Below are positions 1 through 12,200 of a stretch of DNA of 64,000 bases, in pieces. Source of the stretch: an uncultured bacterium (GTDB lineage: Bacteria; Armatimonadota; Abditibacteriia; Abditibacteriales; Abditibacteriaceae). Every line of letters starts with the position of its first letter. Position 1 is the first letter of the stretch. Below the pieces are notes generated by a model. That model ran no database searches. It saw only the letters and a program-made list of their open reading frames with translations, and was not told the DNA's origin. The stretch spans positions 1,798,001-1,862,000 of the forward strand of contig CAWJLW010000006.1 in NCBI GenBank assembly GCA_963843795.1. The letters run 5' to 3'. Both the position numbers and the translations under genes were made by a program.

Positions 1-1170
1 ACCGGCAAGTACTTGCAGCGCGTTGTGGCGCGATGGCCACAAGCACAAGCTCAAAAACAGCCAGTACGCGGGCACGTCCCAGGTGTTGGTAATCACGAGC
101 GCAGCCATAACTACGCCTGCCAGCCACACGCGCCATGAAAGTGCGCGCGCCAGCCTAAGGGCAAGTCGTTGCCGCGTCGATTTTTCGCTTTTGGGCACTT
201 CTTCAAGTGAAATTGTGCGTGGCTGCATTTGCGCGAACAACGCCCAACCCAGCGATAAAATCAGCAAGCAAACCGGAACTGCGAAATAGTGCGCGTGTAA
301 ATCGGCGTAGGTAAAAGTGAAAAACGGAAATTCGTTGATGGTGTAATTAATGCCGCTACTGTCGCTAATCGGGTTGGGAATCACGCGCGAAGTCGAGAAG
401 TAATCGAGCGGAAGTTCGCCAAACGGCCAGTGGCGCAAACCATTGACATCGGTTTCGATCCATTGGCGCAGCGGTTCCAACGTGCCCAGAATCAAAACCA
501 GAAACGCCGCCACAGCGCCGCGCCGCAAGCGTCCGGTAATCGCACCGGCCAACGACATCAGCAGCGTGAAGCACAGCGCGGGCAGCGTCGCGGCCATCAA
601 ATTGTAAGTCCAGCGAATTGGCGCAGAAATCGCGTCGCTGAGTAAAGCGGTCTGCAAATGGCCCAGATAATAGTAACCGCCCAGCCGCGCGCCCGCGAGG
701 TAAGGATTGGGCGGAGGTAAATGATCGGCGCGCGCGCAGGCACCAATCAGCGCGATATCCATCGGTTTTTCGCCATTGTCAAAATCGGGCCACAAACACC
801 GCAGCGCGAAGAAGATCGCGAAAATTAGCAAAAAAGTCACGTCAATGGCGACGATGGCGCGCAGATGGCGACGCAATTGGGCCAGCAACTCGTTTTTTTC
901 GCACTTCCAGCGCCACAGGGAAAGCGCGGCCAAGAAAATCAGAATGATAGGCGCGAGGCGGACAGGCAAGCCGGCGTTTCCGGCCCAGAACGCACCCAGC
1001 GTCCACAGGGTCAGTAACAAAACGCGACCACACATCCAGCCACCGTCGGGCAAAGTTCCCAGCGTGCTGTCGGCAGAGCGCGCCATCCACAAACGCGCCG
1101 AGAAAGGAAAGGCGATGGGAGCCAGTAGCCACAACAAAAGCAACCAGGAAACGAAAACCGGAATCGGCAT
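1..1170 (-). CDS. DUF2298-like integral membrane protein (partial; continues beyond the window start)
   Basis: Manual translation from ATG 1170 (MPIPVFVSWLLLLW...) reads in one frame through FDNGEKPMDIA, PPPNPYLAG..GYYYLGH and YTINEFPFFTFTYADLHAH, motifs typical of DUF2298 proteins. Absent from the ORF track because no stop lies in the window. Confidence 0.75.
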   Translation of the reverse strand, partial: MPIPVFVSWLLLLWLLAPIAFPFSARLWMARSADSTLGTLPDGGWMCGRVLLLTLWTLGAFWAGNAGLPVRLAPIILIFLAALSLWRWKCEKNELLAQLRRHLRAIVAIDVTFLLIFAIFFALRCLWPDFDNGEKPMDIALIGACARADHLPPPNPYLAGARLGGYYYLGHLQTALLSDAISAPIRWTYNLMAATLPALCFTLLMSLAGAITGRLRRGAVAAFLVLILGTLEPLRQWIETDVNGLRHWPFGELPLDYFSTSRVIPNPISDSSGINYTINEFPFFTFTYADLHAHYFAVPVCLLILSLGWALFAQMQPRTISLEEVPKSEKSTRQRLALRLARALSWRVWLAGVVMAALVITNTWDVPAYWLFLSLCLWPSRHNALQVLAG

Positions 1171-1326
1171 AAATGGGGAGCGGCGCAATCGTAATTTTTG
1201 CGAAATTCGTTCAAATGTCGGTGTGGAACGCGGGAAACGCCCCGCAAGTACTTGCAGGGCGCTTTGGTTGCTATTTCAAACAACGCGTGCGATCAGAATC
1301 GCGCTTATTTTACCAAAACAGTTCCT

Positions 1327-1749
1327 ATGAAGAATTTTCAACTGCTCCCATTTTTGCGTCGCTTGTCTGCTACCGTCTTTATTTTTGCTGGAATTTTCAA
1401 GCTCGGCCTGCTCATTTTTAGTCTTGTTTCACCGTCGCGTTTGCCTTCGTTCACCGCATTATTAGCGACATTGAACGTACCATTTCCCCAAATTTTCGCA
1501 TTCACAGTGCCGCTACTCGAAATCATCGGCGGCGCGCAATTGTGGCGCAAACAACAAGTGCGAATATGGGCGGCGTTGCTAGCGTGCGATATGAGCGTGG
1601 CGATTGCCCTAGTTGGAATTCCCGCGAAATTCGGGCGCGCGCCGAAAATGGGCGCGCTGAGCGTTGGCGGTGAAAGCTGGCGTTTGCCACTGGAAATTGG
1701 CTTGTTGCTGATGTGCTTGTTTCTCGCGCTGCGCAAAAATGCCAAATGA
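1327..1749 (+). CDS. DoxX family membrane protein
   Basis: Small hydrophobic protein with FIFAGIFK...VPFPQIFAFTVPLLEIIGG and a DoxX-like helix pattern. Start placed at ATG 1327. Confidence 0.65.
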   Translation: MKNFQLLPFLRRLSATVFIFAGIFKLGLLIFSLVSPSRLPSFTALLATLNVPFPQIFAFTVPLLEIIGGAQLWRKQQVRIWAALLACDMSVAIALVGIPAKFGRAPKMGALSVGGESWRLPLEIGLLLMCLFLALRKNAK

Positions 1750-1821
1750 TAATGATGGAGTGCAAGTACTTGCACCACGCTTTATAGCCAAAACTGAGCG
1801 CGCGATTTAAACTCGCGCGTT

Positions 1822-2995
1822 ATGTCCACAACTCCTTATCAAATGACGAAAACGCGCGTCGCGATGGACGACGGGCGCACTTTGAACTATTACGATTTCG
1901 CTCCACAAACCCAACAGCCGCCGTTCTTGAAAATCCATCAAGAAGCCGCTGAAAAAAATCCCGCGCCCGGCCCGCGCGTGATGCCCAGCCCGCCCGAAAT
2001 GCGCTGGAATCCAACTCTTGGAGAATGGACGGTTTTCGCGCCCAGCCGCATGAGCCGGGTGCAACTTCCCTCCAAAGATTCGTGCCCATTGTGTCCAGGC
2101 GTCTTGGAATTACCGTTGCCCTATCAGGTCGCGATTTTCGAAAACCGCTCGCCTTCGATGAGCTTTGTGCCACCCGAAGTTTCGTTCGAGCAAGATGAAA
2201 ACACGCTCATCCGTCGCCGTGAACCGGCTCGCGGGCGCTGCGACATCGTGGTGTATTCGCAGGAACACGAAGCGAAAATGGCGCTGATGAGCGTCGAGGA
2301 CATTTTGTGCTTGATCGAAGCATGGCGCGACCGTTACGGCGAACTTATCGCTTTAGACGAAGTGCGAATACGTCTCGATTTTTGAAAACAAAGGCCGCGA
2401 AGCCGGAATGACACTCGACCATCCGCACGGCCAGATTTACGCGTTTCCCTTTCTGCCACCGTTTTTGAAAGCGCAATGGGAAGCGACGCGACGCGCGGCT
2501 GATGACGGCCAGGATTTGTGGTCGCAAATCGTCGAACGTGAATTACAAGACGAAAAGCGCATCATCGCGCAAAGCGAAGGTTTCGTCGCGGGCGTACCGT
2601 ACTATGCGCGCTATCCGTTTGAAGTGCATATCTGGGCGCGCCGCAAAGGCGTTTCGTCGCTGTTACAGATGAACGGGCGCGAGCGCGGCGAGCTGGCGGC
2701 GATGTTGCAGATGATCGTGCGGCGATACGAAAATTTGTGGCCCGATTCGCTGATTGATTTTCCTTCGCTGATGCTGATGCAACAAATCGCAAAACTGGAC
2801 GGCGCGGACGATTTCCGTTTCCATATCGAGTTTTTGCCCTTGCAACGTTCGGAAGAAAAATTGAAATATCGCGCCTCGATTGAAAGCGGAACCGGCACAT
2901 TTCTCAATGATGCGCTTCCTGAAACTCAGGCCGCAGCGATTCAGGCCGCAGCGCCGCATGATTTAGTCATGCCTTCAATTAGCTTTGATGATTAA
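1822..2995 (+). CDS. galT: Galactose-1-phosphate uridylyltransferase (one frameshift near 2365)
   Basis: EMRWNPTLGEW, CPLCP, FENRSP in the 5' ORF, then YVSIFENKG and the catalytic HPHGQ in the +1 frame. Confidence 0.88.
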
Positions 2996-3057
2996 AGCTC
3001 AGCAAAATGTAAAATTGAGCGCTAACACGGTTATAATGAATGCAGGCGCGTAGCAAA

Positions 3058-3087
3058 TTGTGCGCTGCAAGTACTTGCAGCGCACAA
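3058..3087. repeat. 30-bp perfect palindrome centred on the GCAAGTACTTGC core
   Basis: TTGTGCGCTGCAAGT|ACTTGCAGCGCACAA. Confidence 0.9.
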
Positions 3088-3158
3088 ATCACGCATCTCA
3101 ATGAATTTCTGACGGCGAAAGTGTTGCGGCACTAACCGCGCGAGCAAAGGTGTGAATC

Positions 3159-4607
3159 ATGGTGTCCGAGATGGACGCGGGGACGGGAAAAATTGGCTCT
3201 GCCGCGACTTCCGGGCAGCTTGACTTTACGCAGCTTGATTCGCAGCTCGCAGCGGAACAATTCGATGCGAAGCAGCTTTTGGCGCTCGTGCAGAAATTGC
3301 AAGCCGAACTGGGGCATCGAGAGCGTCAAATCGAAGCGATGCAGCACACAGCCGAATCGCTGCTTTCGCAGGCGACTGTCGACGCCATGGTGCGCGAAAC
3401 GCTGGAAATTGCCATTGAAGTTCTCGATGCCGATTCTGGCTCGATACTGCTGCATAACCCGCTCGAAGAAACGTTGGTCTTTCGCTACGCAATCGGCCCG
3501 GCGGCGAATAAGTTGGCGGGTCTGAGCATGCCCGCAGATCAGGGCATTGCGGGGCGCGTTTTCGGCACTGGCCAGCCCGACATCACGCAAAAAGTGGCCG
3601 AAGACAGCGAACACAATCGCGACATCGACGCTCATACCGGCTATCGCACCGAGTCGATGATGACGGTCCCGCTCAAGCGCAATTCGGGCAAAGCCATCGG
3701 TGTGATGCAGGTTTTGAACGCCCGCGAACCGTTCGATGAACTCGATTTAGAAGTACTGCAAGTCATGGCGGCACAGGCCAGTTCGGCAATTGAAAACGCG
3801 CGTTTGATTCAACAGGCGCGTAAAGCCGAAGTGGTTAGCGTGATCGGCGATATTTCACACGATATCAAGAACATGCTAACGCCGATTCAATCCGGTGTAT
3901 GGACGCTGGAACCGATGCTGGACGAAATGTTCCGCTCGCTGGACAACATTCACATCGTGTGCCCGCAGGCCGACGAATATAACAAGCAAATTCGCGAAGC
4001 TGTGGCCATAGTGCGCGAAGATTACGGCTGGATTTTGCAGGCGGCTCTGGGCGCTGCCGAGAAAGTGCAACTGCGCACCAAAGAAATCGCCGACGCGGTA
4101 AAGGGACAAAGCGCGCCGCCCTTTTTCACAGTGGGTAATCTCAACGATGTCGTCAATGAAATCGCGATCTCGCTGCGCCTAGTCGCCCTCGACGCGCGTT
4201 TGGAATTGCACACCGAAATTGAAGAAGATTTGCCAGATTCCGAATTCGACCACAAACAAATTTATAACGCGCTTTATAACCTAACCAATAACGCCATTCC
4301 CGAAACTCCGCCCGATGGAATTATCACCCTTCGCACGAAAAAAATCGACGAAAATCACCTGATGCTTCAAGTGCAGGACACCGGCAAAGGCATTCCCGCC
4401 CAAGTGCGCGAAAGCTTATTCACCGACAACACAATTTCGACTAAAGTCGGCGGCACCGGTCTTGGTACGCGTATCGTCGGAGGCATCGTCGAAAATCACA
4501 GCGGCACTATCACCGTTGAAAGCGAAGAAAATCAGGGCACGACTTTCACTATTATTCTGCCAGTGCGGCATACAGCTCGTTCCAATTCCAATTCAACAGC
4601 AATGTGA
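3159..4607 (+). CDS. GAF-domain sensor histidine kinase
   Basis: GAF (GIAGRVF...DAHTGYRTESMMTVPL...IGVMQVLN), H-box ISHDIKN, N-box NLTNNA, DTGKG, GTGLG. Confidence 0.9.
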   Translation: MVSEMDAGTGKIGSAATSGQLDFTQLDSQLAAEQFDAKQLLALVQKLQAELGHRERQIEAMQHTAESLLSQATVDAMVRETLEIAIEVLDADSGSILLHNPLEETLVFRYAIGPAANKLAGLSMPADQGIAGRVFGTGQPDITQKVAEDSEHNRDIDAHTGYRTESMMTVPLKRNSGKAIGVMQVLNAREPFDELDLEVLQVMAAQASSAIENARLIQQARKAEVVSVIGDISHDIKNMLTPIQSGVWTLEPMLDEMFRSLDNIHIVCPQADEYNKQIREAVAIVREDYGWILQAALGAAEKVQLRTKEIADAVKGQSAPPFFTVGNLNDVVNEIAISLRLVALDARLELHTEIEEDLPDSEFDHKQIYNALYNLTNNAIPETPPDGIITLRTKKIDENHLMLQVQDTGKGIPAQVRESLFTDNTISTKVGGTGLGTRIVGGIVENHSGTITVESEENQGTTFTIILPVRHTARSNSNSTAM

Positions 4608-4711
4608 TAAATTCGCAACCGCGTCTCGACAAATTGCCCTGAACCAACGCCTTGCCTAAATTTTCTTACACAAAGTACTTGACTCTTCACAATTTCTTAT
4701 AATCTTTTTCC

Positions 4712-5896
4712 ATGAACGATTCCGCATCTCCTATCGCCGCTCCCGCTGCTTTGCTTTCCACCGTTTCGGCTTTTCAAAATCAATTTGGCGACGATCAGGG
4801 TGTTTTCACCATCATCGCGCCAGGCCGCGTCAATCTCATCGGTGAACACGTCGATTACAACGATGGGTTGGTTTTGCCGATGGCCGTTTCACTACACACG
4901 GTTTTACGTTTGCGCGCCCGCACCGATAACCTTGTCGATTTATACGCCGTGAATTTCGATGCGCGCGCCAGCTTTGCCATTGACGACTTGGAAAAGCGTG
5001 GCGATTGGCTCGATTACGCGCAGGCCGTCGCGCAGCAGTTGCAACAGAAAGGTTTCGCGGTTGGCGGTTTGGAAGGCGTTATTGAAAGCAACGTTCCCAC
5101 GGCCAGCGGCCTTAGCTCATCGGCAGCCTTTGAAGTCGGAATGGCGCACGCGTTTTTGCACGCGGCAGGCGAAAGCTGCGATCCGATTACAATTGCGCAG
5201 TTATGCCAGCGTGCCGAAAACGAATTTGTCGGCGTTAACTGCGGCATTATGGATCAAACCGCCGTCGCCGCCTGCATTGCCGATCACGCGCTTTTGCTCG
5301 ATTGCCGCTCGCTTGAAACGGAACAGGTGCCATTGAAGTTGGGCGATTATTGCGTTGTAGTAATTGATTCGGGCGCACCGCGCGAATTAGCCAGTTCGGC
5401 ATATAACGAACGCCGCAGTCAGTGCGAAGCGGGCCTGCAAGTACTTGCCGAGCACATCGAAGGCGTGAAATCGCTGCGCGACGTTTCCCCACAGCAATTA
5501 TCCGATCACGCCAGTGAACTGGAGCCGGTTATTTTGCAGCGCGTGCGCCACGTTGTCAGCGAAATTGCGCGCACTCAAGAAGCGGTCGAAGTGTTGCGCA
5601 ACGGCGATTTAGGGCGTTTCGGTCAATTGATGAACGCTTCCCACGATTCGCTGCGCGACGACTACGCGGTTTCAAGCCGTGAATTGGATTGGATCGTTGA
5701 TAAATGTCGCGCGCACGAAGGCGTTTTGGGCGCGCGCATGACCGGAGCTGGTTTCGGCGGCTGCACGATTGCTTTGGTTAAGCGAAAAAACGCACAAACG
5801 TTGGTCGATACGTTGCCCGATGCTTACCAGGCCGCGACCGGCCTCACTGCACGCGCGTGGATTTGTGATGCCGAAGACGGTGCGCGGGTTCTTTAA
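4712..5896 (+). CDS. galK: Galactokinase
   Basis: APGRVNLIGEHVDYN, GLSSSAA, CGIMDQ, GARMTGAGFGG. Confidence 0.95.
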   Translation: MNDSASPIAAPAALLSTVSAFQNQFGDDQGVFTIIAPGRVNLIGEHVDYNDGLVLPMAVSLHTVLRLRARTDNLVDLYAVNFDARASFAIDDLEKRGDWLDYAQAVAQQLQQKGFAVGGLEGVIESNVPTASGLSSSAAFEVGMAHAFLHAAGESCDPITIAQLCQRAENEFVGVNCGIMDQTAVAACIADHALLLDCRSLETEQVPLKLGDYCVVVIDSGAPRELASSAYNERRSQCEAGLQVLAEHIEGVKSLRDVSPQQLSDHASELEPVILQRVRHVVSEIARTQEAVEVLRNGDLGRFGQLMNASHDSLRDDYAVSSRELDWIVDKCRAHEGVLGARMTGAGFGGCTIALVKRKNAQTLVDTLPDAYQAATGLTARAWICDAEDGARVL

Positions 5897-6024
5897 CAGA
5901 AGGTAGGAGGCAGCGAAACGCAGCAGGTAAAATGTGGAGCTACCGCTTAAGCTTCACGGTACGCAGAGTACTTGCCGAGCACATTTCTCCCTTTTTCTGC
6001 CTTCCAGTTTTCACCTTGCCAAAA

Positions 6025-7875
6025 ATGAAACGCGCGCGCTGGATGGATTTCGCTACGATTGCCTTGTTTTCATCGCTTCTGTGCACGCTCTTGTGGCACT
6101 CTCAGCAGCCAATTTTGCGCAGCGTCGATAACTTGTTATTCGATTTTTATTTCCGAGCGCGCGGCCCTGTGCCGCCGGCGGAAATTGAAAAACTGCCGCA
6201 AACGCGCGACATCGTGGTCGTGCAAAGCACTCATCAATTGCCGCGCCCGCTACTGGCTAAACTCATCGACAAACTGCGTTTGGCGCGCGTGGTCGCGCTC
6301 GACTTTATGCTAGTCGATGATCAGAAGAATTTCGCTCCCGACGAGGCGCGCTGGTATCAAAGTGAAATTAAACGTTGGAAAACGGAAACCGAAGTTCTCA
6401 CACGTGCGGTCCAAAAACATGGACGCGTAATTTTAGTGGCGTGGCCCGAAGAAAATTCCACACTCAACTTGCAACCGCTCGCCACTGCGCCACAAATCTC
6501 GACGCAAAATTCGACGCATTTGGTGTGGCGCCATCCGCCCGACGCACTGTGGCGGGCAGCAGGCGCGCACTGCCATCCGATTATTCAAAGTCAGGGCGGT
6601 GTAGCGCGACGTGTGAACTTGCTGCAAAACATCGCGCCGTCCGGAAAAATACCGCAAAACGTGCCGTGCATGGGTTTGGCCTTGGCCGCCCTGAGCCAGC
6701 ATCAAACGCCCGCACAATGGTTGCGCGCGCATCCCGAAATTTCGACCGATGCGCCCATCATGCTGAATTGGCTGGGCAGTCGCGAAACCTTTGGACAACT
6801 CTCGAATTCGATTGGCTACACGCAGGTTTTGGATTTGTGGGAAGCCGAAGATTTCAAGGATAAAATCGTCATCATCGGCGAAGTTTCGCGCCAGAGCAAG
6901 GAAATTGTCCTCACGCCATTCGGCGAAACTCCCGCGCTCCAAGCCCACGCAACGGTTTTGGCCACGCTGCTCGACCCGCGCGGGCCGCCACGCAATTCAA
7001 CTTCGCTTCAATTATTTTTCCTATCGCTGGTCGGCAGTTCGCTTTTGATGTTGCCCTTGCTGCGCTGGCCGCTGTGGATAAGCTTTGTGTGGACGGGCCT
7101 TTTAATTTTGGGCTTCATTATCGGCGGCGCTTGGCTGTTTTCAGCACGCCATCTGGTCTTAGAAGGCAGCGCGCCAATTGCCTCGTGCCTTCTGACTTTG
7201 AACTGCATCGCGCTTTACGAATACTGGCGCACTCGGAACACTCTGGGCCGCTTCATCGGCAGCGAAATGTTGAAGCGCGTTTTGCATCCGTTGGAACAAT
7301 TAAAAGTTGGCGGGCGCGAAGAAATTGCAACCGCGATGTTTTGCGATTTGCGCGGCTATTCGACGCTTTCCGAAGCCATCGCACCTGCGCAAGCCACACA
7401 ACTTTTGAACGCTTATGTCACGCTTTTGCTGCGTGTAATTACCAAACACGGCGGGCGAGCGATTGATTATCAGGGCGATGGCGTTTTCATTTTGTTTGAA
7501 AGCGACCTGGCTGGAACCGACCACGCGCAAGGCGCAGTGCGTGCCGCATTGGAAATTGCCGACGAATTTCGCGCGTTCAACCGCATTTGGCGCGACATCG
7601 TGCACAGCGAATTGGAAGTGGGCATCGGCCTGGAATGTGGCCCGATGCTAATCGGTGTTCTAGGTTCGCAAGACCGCATTCATCTGGGTGCCGTCGGCGA
7701 TGCGGTCAATGTGGCCGCGCGCGTGCAAGCCTTATCGAAAACGTTAGGCAGCACAATTTTAATTACCGAAAACGTGCGCGAACGCCTGGGCGACGAATTT
7801 CGCTTGCAGGAGCACGGTGAACATCTGGTGAAAGGCCGCAGCCAAAGCGTGCAACTGTTTTCGGTTTGTGAATGA
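6025..7875 (+). CDS. CHASE2-domain adenylate/guanylate cyclase
   Basis: N-terminal TM, CHASE2-like region (DFYFRARG...LPRPLLAKLIDKL...VVALDF), three TMs, class III cyclase (FCDLRGYS, YQGDG, GDAVNVAARVQ, VKGR). Confidence 0.88.
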   Translation: MKRARWMDFATIALFSSLLCTLLWHSQQPILRSVDNLLFDFYFRARGPVPPAEIEKLPQTRDIVVVQSTHQLPRPLLAKLIDKLRLARVVALDFMLVDDQKNFAPDEARWYQSEIKRWKTETEVLTRAVQKHGRVILVAWPEENSTLNLQPLATAPQISTQNSTHLVWRHPPDALWRAAGAHCHPIIQSQGGVARRVNLLQNIAPSGKIPQNVPCMGLALAALSQHQTPAQWLRAHPEISTDAPIMLNWLGSRETFGQLSNSIGYTQVLDLWEAEDFKDKIVIIGEVSRQSKEIVLTPFGETPALQAHATVLATLLDPRGPPRNSTSLQLFFLSLVGSSLLMLPLLRWPLWISFVWTGLLILGFIIGGAWLFSARHLVLEGSAPIASCLLTLNCIALYEYWRTRNTLGRFIGSEMLKRVLHPLEQLKVGGREEIATAMFCDLRGYSTLSEAIAPAQATQLLNAYVTLLLRVITKHGGRAIDYQGDGVFILFESDLAGTDHAQGAVRAALEIADEFRAFNRIWRDIVHSELEVGIGLECGPMLIGVLGSQDRIHLGAVGDAVNVAARVQALSKTLGSTILITENVRERLGDEFRLQEHGEHLVKGRSQSVQLFSVCE

Positions 7876-7899
7876 TGCAGCAAGTACTTGCAACACGCT

Positions 7900-9120
7900 T
7901 CAGCGCCGTGTCACTTCATCATAAACCTGTAAGGTCATTTGCGCGGTTTGCGCCCACGAATAATGGGCGGCAAATTCGCGCCCGCGTGCGCGCAAATCTT
8001 CGCGCAAATTATTATCTTCCAAAACACGAGCAATGCTTTGTGCCAAATCGTTGCTGTTGTGCGGATCGATAATCAACGCGGCAGTTTCCAAATTTTCCAA
8101 AGGCACGCGATTGCTGGCGATGACCGGCGCACCGCACGCGAGAGCTTCCAATACCGGTAAACCGAAACCTTCGACGAAAGAGGGGAAAATCATCGCTTCG
8201 CATAGCGCGAATAAAAACGGTAATTCTTCGCGCGGCATGAAATCTAACACCAAAGTTTGCACGGCTGAAATTTGGTGGAATGGCACGATAGCATCGGTTG
8301 CAACGGCCTCGCCAGAACCCAAAGCGCGCTGCATTTGCGGCGGAGCTTGATCGTAGGTGTTGGGCAGTTGATAATCTTCCCAAGCGCGCGCGCCGCCGGT
8401 GGCAACGAGTGGAATTGAACGTAGATGTGGAGGCAATTGCTGCATCGCTTCAACAATCGACGTCACATTTTTCTTCGGTTCGGGATTGCCGACAAATAAT
8501 AGGAAGCGCGCAGGCAAACCCAAACGTTCGCGCGCACCTGCTAATTCCGACACGGAAAAGGTGCGCCGAAACCATTCTTCGACACCCAGCGGAATCATGC
8601 GAGTTTTGTCTTGCGCGTCAGGAATACGCCGCGCAATTTCGCGGGCGACAAACGCACTGGGCACGATAACGCAGTCGGCGCGACGCGCGCTACGGGGTAG
8701 CAATTGACTGTAGTGCAACCGGTTGGCAATCGTCACAAATTGCGGGTGCGAAAGGGCTATGAGATCGTAGATTGTCAAGACAATCGGCAGTGGCGCGTGC
8801 AGCGGGCAAACGTAAGTCGGGCAATGTAAAAGGTCGCAACCATCGCGGCGCGCTTGCAGCGGTAGTTGCATTTGCTGCCACGCGATGCGGCGCGCTTTAT
8901 GTTCGCCGCGAAAACCCAATCGCACAAAACGCCAATTCAAACCGAACACCTGCAATTGAGCGGGCGCAGGCCCATCGTGCGGCAAATAAACCGTCCAACG
9001 GCGCGCGGGCACGGTGCGTTTTAATTCCAATTCATTCTGTGCCAGCAGTAAATTCCATAGCGATAATTCCACACCGCCGAACTTGCCGTATAACGCGGTG
9101 CCATCGATGCCGATTGTCAT
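7900..9120 (-). CDS. GT4 family glycosyltransferase
   Basis: TIYDL, FVGNPEPKKN, FPSFVEGFGLPVLEALACG. Confidence 0.9.
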   Translation of the reverse strand: MTIGIDGTALYGKFGGVELSLWNLLLAQNELELKRTVPARRWTVYLPHDGPAPAQLQVFGLNWRFVRLGFRGEHKARRIAWQQMQLPLQARRDGCDLLHCPTYVCPLHAPLPIVLTIYDLIALSHPQFVTIANRLHYSQLLPRSARRADCVIVPSAFVAREIARRIPDAQDKTRMIPLGVEEWFRRTFSVSELAGARERLGLPARFLLFVGNPEPKKNVTSIVEAMQQLPPHLRSIPLVATGGARAWEDYQLPNTYDQAPPQMQRALGSGEAVATDAIVPFHQISAVQTLVLDFMPREELPFLFALCEAMIFPSFVEGFGLPVLEALACGAPVIASNRVPLENLETAALIIDPHNSNDLAQSIARVLEDNNLREDLRARGREFAAHYSWAQTAQMTLQVYDEVTRR

Positions 9121-9266
9121 AATTGAAAAAGCAGAGAACAAATTTGTGGCCCGCAAGTACTTGCAGCGAATAGAAAAGAGTATGATAGAAATTGCTCGCC
9201 TTTTCTCATTTGTTCGCGCAGCAAGTACTTGCGCGAGACAACCAACTTCAAACTTCCCTTGTCACC

Positions 9267-12200
9267 ATGAACAGCTTCCATTCTCTTAGATCACTGGTTT
9301 TTCTCACGATTATCATTTTGGTCTCGACAAGCGCGCGCGCTCAAAACAGCACTGCCCCGCTCATAACGCCCGATGCGTCGCGCTTGATGCTTGACGAAAT
9401 TGGTTTATACGCGGTCGGTTATCAGTATCGCGGGCAGGCCGAAAAACAATTCCCCATCGGTTGGAGCGGCAATTTTGAGACGCGCACCGGCATCGCTTTG
9501 CAACCGGCGGGTGAACAAAACGGGCGCGCGGCGTGGCTCGAACATCCACCGTGGCGCGGTGGTACAGGCATCACATTTCAAGAATTTCGTTTTCAATTGC
9601 CGCCCCCTGGGAAAGTACGACGCATTATTCTGCGCGGCGCGACTGCGATGCGCGCCGATGCGATTGCCGGTCCAGGCGAAAAAACCAAATCCGATGGTGT
9701 CACTTTTCGTATCAAAGCCAATGGCCGCGAATTGTTAAACGAACAGCGCGATGATGCGAGTTGGAAAGATTTCCAGTTGGATTTAACCAAGTTCGCTGGA
9801 AAAACTTTGATATTGCGTTTTGAAACCGATCCCGGTCCGCAGAACAACTCGTCGTTCGATTTCGCACTTTGGAGCGAGCGCGTTGTCGAATTGCAAGGTT
9901 TTTCGACGCCACCAAATATTGCACAAATAGCAGCGGCCAAATTGGATTTGCGGCGCTTGTATCCACAGCAAAACGGCGAAGTCGCGCCGCGTTCGGGATT
10001 CGATGGCAAAACAACGGTCAGTGTCAACAATAATACCGCTGTTCTGAGTTACAGCGGCGCAGATGGCAACTTGCGATACCGCTGGATGCGCCCGCGCAGT
10101 GGCGCAGATTCACCACTTGGCAGTTGGCAATTGTACGCGAAAATGCGCGGTGCCAAAGCCGAGCAAGCCGTAGCATTGGCCAACGACGCCAGCATCGAAT
10201 GGACGCAAAACGCGACGTTTCAAAGCAGTCATTGGGAAGCTCCGCCCGGTGGCGCGACGCCCGGTGGCGCGATGTGCGTTTCAACGTATCAAATCGAGGG
10301 CAAAACTGCGACTCTGCGTTGCGCGGCGAAATTGATCGGCAAAAGTTTGGTCTTGGAAATCAGTTGCGATACACCGCAAATTAGCGCTTTGAATATCGGA
10401 GAATGGGGGCCGGTTTTGCGCCGGCGCGCGGTCACTACGCCCTATTACTCAGGTCAGATTTACTATCTGGCGCACGAGAATTTATTTGCCAATGCGTTTC
10501 TCGATTGGACGAGTTCTGCAGCTTCGGCTCATGATGGGAATGTCGCTAACTACAACGCGCGCACCGATGGGACGTGCGTTGTCTTGAAAGAACGCGCGAT
10601 TTTTACGGTTGCGTGGCATCTCGCGGAAACTTTGCCAAATCTGCCAAACGCGCCCTCGCCGTTCCGCGCTCATCTCGCCGATAGAATCGTGCTCGATGTG
10701 TGGGGTGGCCCGTTTGAAGACATTGCTAATCGGTTGCAAAATTTGCACGATTACGGCATTTCTCGCTGTGTCGTTATCATCCATGATTGGCAACGCGACG
10801 GCTACGATAATGGCCTGCCCGCGCATGTTCCGGCCAACGCCAAACTGGGCGGCGACGCGGCGATGAAGAAGCTGACCGCGACCGCGAAAAGATTAGGCTA
10901 TGATATCGCGCTGCACGAAAATTACGTCGATTATTACCCCAATTACGAAGATTTCAAGGAAAGCGACATCGCGCTCGATTCCAGTGGCGCGCGCGTCAAA
11001 GCGTGGTTCAACGAGGGCACCAAACTTCAATCTTTCGCGATCCAGCCGCACGCCATTTCGAATTTAGCGCGCGAACAAAGCCCACAAATTCGCGAATTGT
11101 ATGCGCCCAACGCCGATTATTTGGACGTGCATTCCGCTGTGCCACCGTGGTTTCACGTTGATTATCGCGCCTCGTCTGCCGGAGCCGGAACCTATCAACC
11201 AACATGGAGTGCGCACCGCGAGTTGTGGGCGTATGAGCGCGCGTTGTATGGCGGGCCGGTTTTTGGTGAAGGTGCCAATCACTGGTATTGGAGCGGCTTG
11301 CTTGATGGCGTCGAAGCGCAGTTCGGGGCGGGCTGGCCCAGCAACGAAGGTCAGAGCGCGCCCCTGGCAGTCGATTTTACGCTCTTGAAAATTCATCCGC
11401 TGCAATTTAATCATGGCATGGGCTATTACGAGCGTTGGTGGAAAAATGCGAGTTGGAGCGGTCTGCCGCCGATGGAAGTACTCTGACCAGTATCGTATGC
11501 AAGAAATCGCTTTCGGCCACGCCGGTTTTCTGGGCGGCGCGACTTATTCCAACTTGCCCCTGGCGTGGCTCGAACATCACCTATTAACTCCAGTCACTGC
11601 CTTGACCGCGACGGCACGCCCCGTGAACATCGAATATCAAATCAACGGTGCGTGGGTCGATAGCAGCACGGCGGCCAAAGCCAAAAACTGGCAGCGCGTG
11701 CGCATAAAATATGACAAAGGCGTGACTATCACTGCCAACACAAGCCCACAGAATCTACAAAGCGGAAATTTTGTTTTGCCGCAATTTGGCTGGCTGGCGC
11801 AGGGCGCAGGCATTGAAGCGTGGACGGCATTGCGCGACGGAATCATCGCCGATTATGCGCGCACGGCCAACAGCACTTTCGCCAACGCGCGCCGCGCCAG
11901 CGATTGGAACCAGTCTGGCATTCATCGCATTCAACCGAGCGTGGCCGAATTTAAGCCAAATGGCGAGCGAACTTTTGCGCTCACTTACCAATGGAAGGTG
12001 GATGACGATTTGCCAGACGACACCGGCAACATTTTCGTGCATTTCGTCGATGCCAAAGACGGCTCAATTCGTTTTCAAAACGATCACAATTTGCCGCGTT
12101 CCGCCACCGAATGGAAAAAGGGTGCTCTCGTGAAAGACGGACCCTACACCATTAAATTGCCTGACGATTTGCCCGACGGCGATTATGATGTGCGCGTTGG

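Noticed and set aside
23..1330. ORFs listed in the track for the first 1.3 kb
   Set aside because: They are shadows of the minus-strand DUF2298 gene that runs off the window.
4679..4703. TTGACT...TATAAT upstream of galK as a sigma70 promoter
   Set aside because: The spacer is only 13 nt, too short for a canonical promoter.
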